A program made the translations under genes and the position numbers. Source: Epiperipatus broadwayi (taxonomy: Eukaryota > Animalia > Onychophora). From it: a DNA stretch of 64,000 nt. The notes under the pieces were generated by a model, which worked only from the letters and a program-made list of their open reading frames with translations, was not told the origin of the DNA and did no database searches. Location: contig JAQFVV010000002.1 of NCBI GenBank assembly GCA_028023455.1, forward strand, positions 32,674,001-32,738,000, given 5' to 3'. This document shows positions 49,261-61,012 of this stretch, piece after piece (position 1 is the stretch's first letter; each line of letters opens with the position of its first letter).

Positions 49261-49591
49261 CTAGTTCACTTTCGTGTATAGCGCAATTGTCCCCAAAGCT
49301 GTGTATTGTTACCAAATAGATAAATAAGAATGAACGAGCTTAGCGCTATGCTTTAACGAGAAAATGGAATGTCTAGCATAATTAGCATAAATTTGCATAT
49401 CATTAACCTTATTAGCAGTTAAGCTATGATTATGAAGGCTGGACCCTTCGAAAGTGCTAAGCTCGTTCATTCTTATTTATCTATTTGGTAACAATACACA
49501 GCTTTGAGGACAATTGCGCTACACACACAATTGAACTAGAATATATATATATATATTTCCCTAAAGTAGAAAATTTATTTGATTTAATCAC
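49261..49591 (+). mobile_element. HH-D: inverted arm + decayed hammerhead + sense arm + ~50-nt tail, 14-bp TSD
   Basis: ~90-bp arms 49258-49347 / 49453-49542; ATAATTAGATGATT at 49247-49260 and 49592-49605. Confidence 0.8.
49422..49463 (+). ncRNA. Decayed type I hammerhead (HH-D)
   Basis: AGCU-(AUGAUUAU)-GAAGG[CUGGAC]CCUUC-GAAA-GUGCUA-AGCU; two substitutions from CUGAUGA(U); the other arm has the palindrome AGCGCU. Confidence 0.55.
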
Positions 49592-50660
49592 ATAATTAGA
49601 TGATTATATTATGTGCTTATTTGAAAGATATTTGTAATATTTTCTGTATCTTAAATGTTAATTTTCAGTATGATAGTATGTGTGTGTGATTCAGTGTTTA
49701 AGATATAAAGAGCTATTTTACTTTAAGAAACGCATGAATATAAAAATAATTGAGATTTATTTAGTATATTAATTGAACTAGCTTAATTAAATATACTGTA
49801 ATATAATCCTGTTATTTTTAGGAAGTTCGTAAAGTATAGACCTGATTATACAATGCTAACAGTCTGTCCTAGAAAAATATATGTTGAAGGCTGAAAAGAC
49901 TATTTTTATTTAAACATTGATCGATATCGACTTACCATCTAATGAAGGAGTATTTGCTCCTAGTTAAGTTTGTGAAAAACCTGTTGTTTTTTGTAGTTGT
50001 TCATTTTTAAATATTATCAAATCTATACGTCAATTGGTCAATATTTATAATTTAATGATTTAAAAATAAAATAAAATTAGCAGTTTCCCCAAATCTTTGA
50101 TGTTGCATTATAATGTATGTTAAATTCTCTGATCGCAGACGAGATTGTGGTTACTAGGCAACATTTTTGTCAAAGAAATTTTTTGTTTGCTAACGCCCTT
50201 AACACAACTTATTCTAACATGTGTTAACTAATTGTAATAATCATTATGATGATGACATTATTGCTTAGGAGTTCATAAGAAACAAACACCAGAAGTGACC
50301 AAGTTGGCCCAATTTGTGGACCGCAAGCTCCAGATTCACATTCCAGCAGAACAACACACATTAATCGAATGGCTTTATTGCTCAGAAAAATCATAATAAG
50401 TTCGGGTATTGGAAGTATGAATTGGATACAATCTGTGGAACTAAGCATCAGAGTCTATAATTATACCACTGCACCAAACTACAAAGGGCAAAATAAAAGA
50501 ATGGATTTTTTTTGCTCAGGAATTCGTAAGTTTGAATGCTGGAAGTGTCAGAACTACAATCGATCCAACGATCTTAAACTCCAAAATCTGATACTACACA
50601 ACTGCATTAATCTATTAGGGATTTAGAGCTAATGTACAAAATTTAATTATCCTCCTGCAG

Positions 50661-50822
50661 AGTTTATTATTTGTCACTTAGAAATACAAATGAAGTTCAA
50701 ATACTAGAAGTGATAGGACAGCATATTCCATGGACATTTAATATATTCACCAGTCATTTAGAAACAGATTACCAGAAATTTATTTACACTGTAATGGTAT
50801 GGAAGATAGGATTAATTGTGGG
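50661..50822 (+). CDS. Candidate internal host-gene exon (VYYLSLRNTNEVQILEVIGQHIPWTFNIFTSHLETDYQKFIYTVMVWKIGLIV)
   Basis: TTATCCTCCTGCAG| acceptor, GG|GTAAGT donor, 162 nt, open frame with symmetric phase. Confidence 0.65.
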
Positions 50823-53800
50823 GTAAGTATGGGAAGATAGGGAAACCATCATCATCCCTATAAAATAACTAATCAAATTAAAGAATGAGCATGGGAGATC
50901 AGCGAAGAATAAAACTAACAATAAGTTCATCCAGTATTAAACAAAGAAATCAACTTAAAACATAAAAGAACATCAAAAATCAAGTCACCCCATGTGAATG
51001 GATTTGAAAGGGGTCCACTAGCCACTGCCAAACTTAGGACAGAAATACCAAACAATTATTTGGATGCACATGTATATGTTTTCTATCCCTCATAATAATA
51101 AAAACAGAAATATGCTGATCATTATAAATGTCATGGCCATATTGTACCATTAGTGCACAGGCCAGCTATTCTTGTTATTTTTTTATTCAGCAATGTAGCC
51201 AAATAGTCACAATCTGTGTCAAAGCTAGAAAAATTGGGTCTGAAGACAGAAATTTATGAGATATAGTTAATAATTGTTTTTGTGCGAATATATTTTAATT
51301 GCTGTAGATTTTCAAGTTCATGAGCCCTTGGACAGTGTGGGCCCACATGTATTGTCTATGTTACTGGTTACAGTGCTAATAGCATGTATTGACCTAAAAA
51401 AAAAAATTCATTCCAGAAATCAAAAGTTGATTTAGTAAGGATATGGGAAATTTGTCATTATTTTCCAAGACTGGGCCTTATCTTTAATCCCACAAAGTTT
51501 TGCCATCTAAACTTTATATAAACTGTTTCTATGGTAATAGCTCTGTAATATCAGTTACTCATATTATTTAGGAATAACCTTGTACTATAGCCTAATTTAT
51601 CTCTTGCATTGATCAAAAATGAGATTAAAAATAATATTTAAAAATAACTGTCTACCATTAATACTTGGAGTTGGATTGCACAATTGCAAAGAATAGTTTC
51701 TTTAGCACTAACATATTTTGCAGCTGGTTGCTGGAGGAATTACATTCCACTTTTTTTGTGATAGCTTTACATTCTTTCACACCCTTCATTTGATATCAGA
51801 AGACAAGTTGCCTTAGAGATCACATATGAAAAGCTATTAAGCACAGAGATTTGGCACTTTTTCAAGTTATAAATTCATCACTTAAGACATTCCTCAAATC
51901 AAGATCTTCTTTCTAGAAGTTAAATCGAACAATCAAAAAATTATGGTATAGGTAAAAATATGATGCAAGAAATGATCTTTTTGTCCTTTAAACACATTTC
52001 TTTTTCGAGATCCAATAATAAAGTCAGCTAGGTTTGATCTGCTTAAATGTTACTTTGACTGCCATCAACAGTTAAGATCCCTCACAGTTAGGGTGCCTAT
52101 CTGCTTCAGGAATATACTATAAAAACTTAAGACATGTTTATGGGAAAACATAAACCATTTCCTATCTATGCATACAATAGCAGAATTGAAGAAGTTTGTA
52201 AAGTTGCTACGCAGTATGTCCTAATGGAAAGGTGACTTATGATTGTTTCTCTACACTGCCTTCAACACTATCTCTGAATCAGTCCATGGGTAGTGACATA
52301 ATTTTTAAAATGCTAGCATATCTGTATAATGAGCTATGCAATGTGAGTGCATTTTGTATCTTACCCCATGAAGGACCAACATACTAATATTAAATTTTAT
52401 TTTAAATTGGATAAAACTGCTACTGAAGCTTTCACATGATTCAAGGTAAGTATGGCAGTGACGTCATGATTTCCATCACGTGGTCACTATTTTCAAAGGA
52501 TTTACAAAATTTCATTACGGCAGTGAAAGCATTGAAGATGATCTACAGAGTTGGCGCTATAGGCAGCTTGGAGAGAGAACAGTCAACTTTTCAATGGGTC
52601 ACACCATGTGTAAGAATATGTCACACCCTGTCTAAGGAATCTATATGTATTTTTTAAATAATATTTATGAATGCTTAGCTGTCTAAAAAGACAAATTCAT
52701 ACACTATATAAATAAAATTTCGAGCCACATTCTAAACTTTAATAACCTTTATACAATCGTTTCTTTTAAACTGTTTTTCTTCTTTATTGTTTTGAAGTCT
52801 TCCCTTTTTGATATTCTTTTAGAAATTTCACCCCCCCCCCGCCTCTCAATTGATAATCAATACAGGAATTTTTATCTTTTAAATCTTCAGTACTTATCAC
52901 TATACTAAATTGTGCAGGGACACCTAATGCTAGCACTCAGGATTTCCAGCTAGATACTCTTCCAGCTACTGATTGAGCCTATCATCGATTAACTTTTGAT
53001 CGTTAAAGCCAAGCACTTCTGTTCACTGAAGTTAATTCTCGGATACATGACCCGTTAGTATTCTGAGTGCTGTAGGCATACACAGTCAGCATAGGGATGA
53101 ACTCAAGAACTGAAGATTCTGAATCAACTTTCTCGGTTGAAGAAAGGGGGAGAGGAGGTTATCACAACTTGTCAAATGAATAAAATTGTTTCGATACTAC
53201 GGATATTTTAATAATGGTAATTCTTTGTCATATTTATTTATGATATTCCTAATATTTAATTTGTTTAGTAAAATCACATATATGTTACACGTAAATTTTG
53301 ATCAGATAGTTTATGATATGGAAAAGGGAACATTTGTTTATAAAGCAACGTTCATTAGGGATTTAAAATTTACCATCGCTATACATTTTGACCTTCTATA
53401 CATTTAATTTATCTTAATATGAAAGCTGATGTCTTGGGAATGAGTGGGAGGCCAGTGACAGATTATTCATCTCCTGAAATCAGTCACTTCTAGATTACAG
53501 TGTATATTTATTCAGTGACTTCATAAATAAGCCAATAGTTTAATTTGTGCATTGATTAGTTTTTAACAAATTAAGTAAATAATTATACTTTTAAACTTTT
53601 TTTTTTTTTTTTAAAGAAATCGTTTTGAAAAATCTGTCACTTGACTTTTTTAAGTAAAATTATGTGTAAAAATGTTCTTGTTGATTTTTTTTTTTTTTAA
53701 CCCTCAACTGACTACATGATATAATATGCACGTGACTAATCAATTGTTACGATAACGTTTCTATTTTGTAATATATAATAAAACTTAGAAAGCTATATAC

Positions 53801-54562
53801 CCTTAAAACTTATGGATTTCAGCAGGGCCAGGCTTCATCAGTTGGCCCAAATTCATCATAATTTAATATTTACCCATACCAAATAATCACATTTTAATTT
53901 GACAATATCGTCTTCGAAAAATATATTAAGAATTATTGATTATGATTTTATTAGGCTATAAATTATTTAATTTGTTTAGGTCAGATAAATACTTAATTAA
54001 AGATTAATTTTTCAATTATTAAATCCCAGAATGAATATCGCTAATTTAATTCCTTCCACTTTTCCTACTTATGCATGGTATATTAAATGTATTATAAAAC
54101 CAAATTCTACACACACACACACACACCATGTAGATAAATACAAAGTAGTAATCCACAAGATGCATTTCTGGATGAACCAGCCCTCATCAATAGCACCAGA
54201 TCCTTCTATTTTTCTCTAAGGAGTCTCATTATTTTATATTTGTCAGGCAGATTCATTTGTTTTTGAAATCATAAGTAATAATTTTCAATTGGACAATTAC
54301 ATAAAGGAGTTATGAAAGTTGATGATGTTCAGATATGCCCTACTTAATTATTCACAATGTTGAGGATTTTCTATCAAATAATTGTAGAATTTGGCAAAAG
54401 CAATTACTCATACATTTAAAGCTAAATAATAGAAGAATTGCATTTTCTCAGAAGCTCGCACACTCACAAACAAAAAACTGATTCTAATTGAAAATGTTTA
54501 AAGCTTTAAAATTTTAATGTTTAATGCTTTTAAATATTGCATAAATTTTAAACTTGATTTAC

Positions 54563-54989
54563 TAAAACATCAGATGTCGCCATTTCTTATGCTTACACCA
54601 TCTGTTAAAACAGTAGCAACTTTTTTCATATAGGAGTGCCACCTAGTGCAAGCCACAGTAATCAATAGATGCTAGAAGGTTTGTGCAACAAAATCCCTAT
54701 CTAGTACCTACTCATCCAATATCCCCAGACTAGTTTCTAGCATGAGGCTTTCATCAGTGATGAGGTTTAGATTTAATAGCACTGCATGTAGATCTTTCGA
54801 ACTAATGCAACCCTCCAGCAGCCATCTTTTACTATTTTAGTTAACCGTAAAGCTATGAACCACAGGCTAGAAACTAGTCTTGATATTGGATGAGTAGGCA
54901 CAAGTTAGTGATTCTAATGCACAAATTTTCTAGCATCCATTGATTACTATGACTTGCACTAGATGGTATTATTGTATGAAGAGAGTTGC
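54563..54989. mobile_element. HH-A inverted composite with hammerhead on the minus strand (54723-54762)
   Basis: Minus: CUGAUGA-AAGCCUCAUGCUA-GAAACUAGUC-UGGGG; partial plus motif GGCTAGAAACTAGTC at ~54866. Confidence 0.82.
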
Positions 54990-55302
54990 TATTATTTGTA
55001 TTTTTTAAACAATTTTTAATACCATAATTTACAATGATTATTTAATATAATGTTTGCATAACGAACATTTTAAAATCAATCTTTAATAAATCACACGCAC
55101 TTTAATGATACAAAGAACTTTTGACCTGTGGAGGTCACAGCGATCTGAAAGATATAAATAAATTTCTTAAATATTGTTGCATATATCAGATACATAGGTT
55201 CACAGTCAAATATCCATACATTTGTACATGATATTAAGCCATAAAGTTTAAGATCTCAGTTTGATTATAACAAACATTTCATAAGGGGTATAATATATTA
55301 TA

Positions 55303-55644
55303 TGCATGTTAGGAGTAGCAAGAAGAGATAGAAAACACAATGTATGGGTAAGAGAACAAACAGGTGTTACTGATATCATTGAAAGAATTAAAAGACTGAA
55401 GTGGAATTGGGCTGGATATATTGCTAGAAGATGATAATAGATGGACAATTGAAATCTTAAACTGGATTCCAAGAAATTGTAAAAGACCCAGAAAGAGACC
55501 ACATGTGAGATGGGTGGATGAAATAAGAAAGTGTGCTGCAGTGATGTGGAAAAAAGAGGCTAGAGTTTGGAGAAGCTGGATTGAACCTGGAGACTTTGAT
55601 CCTGCAGTGGATTCATAATGATTGACAATGATGATGATGATGAT
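55303..55644 (+). mobile_element. RTE LINE 3' fragment with (GAT)n tail
   Basis: Homologous to 62275-62609. Confidence 0.9.
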
Positions 55645-55804
55645 AGAATATTAAATAGTAAATTGTTTTAGAGAGATACCTCAAACACAAGTCAATTTTG
55701 GTGTAGTTGTGAAAATAATTTATAGATTGTAACTGAAAAATAAAAAAAATCATGTACTTTACTATAAAAATTTAATAAAGGCAAATTTGTAATGTTAATT
55801 TTTT

Positions 55805-56909
55805 TTCGCACTTTGACTTCTCCTTATACGGATCAGGAATCTCTTGGCAACTATGCCAGAAAACCCTGTTAGCCACTTTAACATCCCTTTCCATTCTCTT
55901 CCCTAAGTTTTTCCATATCATGCACCATCCCATTTCCACAACATAATCTTTAACAACTCCATGGCCTTTATATCTAAATCCCCCTTATCTTTTCCCAAAC
56001 CCAGCATAAAAACCAATAACCCACTTTCTGTATAATCACTTTATTTATATTTATTCTTTCATAACTTTATTATTTGTATCCTTTCTGCTTTCAGGCATTT
56101 ACATTCAGTTAACAGATGCCTAATATTTTCTATGCCTTCCTTACACAACTTGCAGACTAAATCACCCACATTTTTCCATTTATGTGTATATTCCCTTGTT
56201 GCTAAAGATCCTGTTTGAGCCTTAAACAGTCATCTATTTTTCTTGCTATTATCACAAATTAACTTGGCCCCCATTATTCCGTTTACTTCTATATATATTT
56301 AAAACTCTTTTTACTCCCCATACTAGTTCTCCATCTCTCCAACTCCCTATTCTATTAATGCATCTATAAATCTGTCCTATTCCTTACCATTACAACACTC
56401 AACAACTCTCCTATCACAGGCTTCCCACCTTTTGTATAATAAATTCATTATCCAAATCTTCTGCATACCACATTACCTTTTTCACCCATCTTGTTGCCTG
56501 CCCTTTACTCATAACCCAATTAAATACTATTTTGGCTATTCTTTTATTATCCATAAACTGCAATCTACTGAACATTTTCATTTTGCTTTTTGCATCTCTC
56601 ATAAGAACTTGACCATCCCATTTCTCCTTGAATTGCCTCCTTTGCCATCCACACATCTGCATCTGATGCATGTCTTCCTACTTCTCTTTGTACTTTTTCT
56701 AAGTAATCTAATACCCCTTTACTAACACATAACACATCAATACCATATGTTAACTCTGCTATTGCCACTCCATTTCAAACAATTCTAGCTACATTATATT
56801 TATTATATGTGAACACTATTATTTTTTTATCAATCCCTTTCTTTTCTTCACTTTATTTATCTTTTTTTTCTCCCATTCATCCAAGCAATTTCTCTGATTA
56901 CTTAAGATG
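55805..56909 (-). mobile_element. 5'-truncated second copy of the RTEX-like LINE
   Basis: Colinear with 40030-41105; ELTYGIDV..EKVQREVGR..EAIQGEMGWSS. Confidence 0.88.
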
Positions 56910-59541
56910 AGTCTTATGAAGTATGTGAGGAAGGTTTGAAGAAAAATATAGTGCATATCATAGTTCCAGTATATTTTGCATTTGCTGTTTCAAATAGATT
57001 TTTTTTTACTTCAAATTATATTTTATCCAGAAGAAAATGAAGTGCATTAGAAACTAACTATATGTTCTTATCATTTATTCGTCAAGAACTGTTTTAAAAT
57101 ACAGTAAAGGATTTGTTTTTTTTTATTCACTTTCTATGTTTCATTTTAGTAATGTTTTACTAACCTCAATCTTTAGATATGTGCTCTGACATGCATTCTG
57201 AAGTAAATATGAAGATATTTAAAACCAAAGATATTTGAAAAATAGTATATTTGGACTTTTACAAGTTATTTTCACTTCCTAATTTGTAAGATATCGACCA
57301 CGAAGATAATTTGAGGCAGATTGTTTTATATGTTAATTCAGAATTTTATTTAATTAGTAAAAAAACAAACAAACTGGGATATAGATGCTGACAATAGGTG
57401 CTATCATTATTTACTTACTCTGGTGAATATTCAATTTTGAGTTCATGAAAATGTTTATATATATATATATATGTAATTATTAAGTTGTTTAAAGCTGATT
57501 AAAAAAACTTATCTATTGTAAGCCTACAGCAATTAGAAATAATGTGCAGTTGCCCCTAGAGAACACGAATACGAAAAATAAATTTTTAGAAAGGTTTTGT
57601 GTTTGAAGCTTAGGTTCAACATCGTTAAATTTTTATAATTTTAAATTATGTTTAAAACGTTTTTTCCTCAAGTAAACATTAAAAAATTAAATTTTATAGA
57701 GCTGAGCTGAGTAACCCTCCCCCACCCATTTTGTATGCCCATTACAATTCAAATTACTACACAGGGCCCCCTAGGAAACAAATACTGGGAAAAAAATTAA
57801 TGAGTTTTAATTGTTTGAACTAATGTTATTTATCAGTAATTTTTTTTAATAATTTTACAGTATTAAATTTTTATTATTTTAAATTTAAAACATTTTTTTT
57901 CTCATAAATATTAATTAACTAAATTCAAAGAAATTTGTCTGAAAATGTACAACAATTTAGGATACTCCCCAAGGGCCCCCTAGAATAGTATAAAATAATA
58001 AAATTTATATATTTAAACTTGAATTATATAATAAATACTTTATATAACATTATAATTCAAAATAATATCTTTTTTATTGAAATATTTTTCCTCCTTTAGG
58101 TTTTTAAATTATAATCTTGCTAACTTTTTTTTCATTTATTTTTTCTTATGTTAAAAGTAAATTATTAATCAATTTGATATTTTAATCTTGAATTTTCAAT
58201 TGACTTTTTACACCTGAGAAATAGATATTGACAAACAAAAACATTTATCCAGTCTCCAGGCAACTCATTAGAAAATCTTCTGTTTCCATCGCATTAAGTT
58301 TCATTTTTGATAGATTTTTTGATTTAATGAAAATAGTATTGGAATTCACAATAGGACTCATGAGATGTCAATGGATGGAGAAACTTGATAAGTAATTATT
58401 ATATAAATAATTTTATCTTCAAATACTTAATGACATGGATCATTAACATTTTTCAAAATTTACAGTGTAGTTCTACATGCAAAGGCAAGATTAAATTGTG
58501 TTAAGGGATTAGCGAACAATTGAATATTAATCTGGCGTTGGTAATGATTAAATTATTGTTTGATCGTTATTTCTATCTGCTTTCTGGCTGAACTTACTTA
58601 TATTAGAGTTTAATATCTGCATCATATATATGTATATAAATCATATACATAGTGATAAAATAGTTTTACTAAAATAAAATTTTTTTATTAAACTTTTAAA
58701 AAGATAATATTTATGAAAAAAAAAATTTAATGTACAGTAATTTAAAATTATAAAACAATTTCAGAGGTGATAAAAAAACTTTTTTAAAAAAAATAACGTT
58801 AGCAAAACTCCCATTATTATTACTTTTTAGTATTCGTGTTCTTTAAGAGCCCCTATGAGTATATTTAATTGTAAATTTAATTATTTAATATTTATGTGGG
58901 GAAAAAATGCCTTAACCCTCTATCATCTATATAGAAGCACTTTCTTGAACTTGAATACTGACCTGGGATCTGTATTAGAGAAATAAGTAACAATATTTTG
59001 ATACTTTGTTATTATAATAGGGCAAATCTTAGAACTAGAATGACCCATCATTTTCTAATGTGTAGAAAATCTAAAGTCTGACACCACTAATTCATCAGTC
59101 TTTTATAATCATGAAAGAGAAGATGGCCATAGTTATGATCTGAATGTTGTCAAAATTATATTCTCAGTAGTCTAACCATGAATATGAAAAGCTTTGAAAA
59201 TATATTTGATATAATTCTTTTACATAAATAACAGTATCTGTTTCCAATCTGGTAAATATTCCAGTTTTGAATTAACACAATATTTTCCACTTTAAATTAT
59301 TTTTATGGTCTATATCTTGCAAATCAGGAAGCATTAATAACTCATAATTGCTTCAGAGTTCACACTTAGAGTTGACTTAGGCACAGTCTAAAAGTGAAGC
59401 TGACAAAACATTACTAAAATAGAATATAGATGTATAAAAAAACATTATTTTTGCAATAAAAATACAAATGTTTATGATAATTCTTTTACCATCAACCACA
59501 CATAAATATGTTCAAATGATTTGAAAACAAGTTTTAATTTT

Positions 59542-59633
59542 CATCACAAAATTACCATTTCCTATATATGCTTCCATTGATTACTCTGACTTGCATTGGA
59601 TGTCACTACTATATGTAGTGTTTTGCCTGTAAT
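59542..59633. mobile_element. HH-A retrocopy (tail stub + inverted fragment)
   Basis: CCATTGATTACTCTGACTTGCATTGGATGTCACTACT matches the family; possible TTTTAATTTT TSD. Confidence 0.65.
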
Positions 59634-60476
59634 TTTTAATTTTATTAGCATATCTTGGATCATAGATATAGAAAGTTATTTTTTTAGTCCAGTTAATTTG
59701 CTTCAAAAAAATATAATAGCAATGTATTTAGAATTAAACTGGTTCAGAAAGATTAGTTATTATATTGGTTATGATTGGCTACTTGGGAATATTCTGAGTT
59801 TATGTAGGAATTCTTCAGCCATCTTGAAAATGTCTTTTCTATTCTGTTAAATCATTACACCATTAAAACATAAATATGTGTGTATATATATAATACTCCG
59901 CTGGAATACTTTTGGCGTGTCAGCAATAATCCCCTATCATCGGATTCCATTTAAGTGATAGAAAAGAGGATGTATATATTAATTTCTTTATATTCCAATT
60001 GGTACCTAAATATTATAGAAAGATGAATTAATTAAGCAGCAAAAATCAGTTAATTTACTTCTGGGACTAATAATTACTACACTGAGGCACAAATGTTCAT
60101 TCGCAGAAGAGTTAAAATCATTATGAGTTTTAATGTTTCGCTTCTTCAAAGCTTTTCTCCATAAGTGCCAATTATTTACTTACATTAAAGACTTTTGGTG
60201 AATGTATAACAATACAAACACATATAATGTATATAGTTAGAGATGGCTTATACTCATAAGAATAAAGGGCTAATATAACAACAAAATTATATAAAAAAAA
60301 TTTAGCAGTTAAATTGACACTATGAAAGTACAGAATTTCACATTCAAAACAAATGCAATGTTAAATTTGAATGTTTAGCTATATTCATTTAAGCTTTGAT
60401 TTGCCTATTAAATGAAATAACACTATTTATAACACACAAAATTAATATTATTAACATTTGAAGTATATGAGAACAT

Positions 60477-60751
60477 TAAAACAGTAATGTGATGTGATGT
60501 ATTGTGGCTTCTCCTTAAACGAAGTCAAGAATATCTCAGCAATTATGCCCACTGTTAGCCACTTTATTTTCCATTCCCCACACTAAATTTTCCATACAGT
60601 GGTGTCATCTAGTGCAAGCCATAGTAAGCAATGGATACAATAATGTTTGTATGTAGAATCCCTGACTAGTATCTAATTTATCCAATATCCCAGACTAGTA
60701 CTGCTTTAACAGCTTGTGTAAAGCATAGGAAATGATGATCATGTGATGTTT
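60477..60751. mobile_element. Chimeric insertion: HH-A retrocopy containing an RTEX-like 3' end (60487-60590), 13-bp TSD
   Basis: TATATGAGAACAT at 60464-60476 and 60752-60764. Confidence 0.85.
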
Positions 60752-61012
60752 TATATGAGAACATACATGACAGATATAAGTAACATATAACATCTACATT
60801 AAGAAAAATAAATACATATGGAAACGTTATTATTAAAAAATAAAAATACAAGTATTGTAATACACTTATCTTTAAATATAGCTAAAAATTATTAATAATA
60901 ACAAATTTATAAATACTCGCATTTGCAGACAACTGTTTATATTAACATTACAAAAAGTAATTTAGACCTTTTAAATATTAAAATAATATAAATATATATG
61001 TATATAAAAGAT

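Noticed and set aside
51700-52100. Decayed DNA transposase (DLDLRNVLSDE)
   Set aside because: Single weak motif with many stops.
52400-57210. Exons at the 52446 GTAAGT donor and the 57176 acceptor
   Set aside because: No compatible partner site with an open, phase-matching frame.
270-60751. HH-A, HH-C and HH-D palindromes as MITEs
   Set aside because: Asymmetric tails, variable 8-17-bp TSDs, 5'-truncation and hammerhead motifs fit retroposition better.
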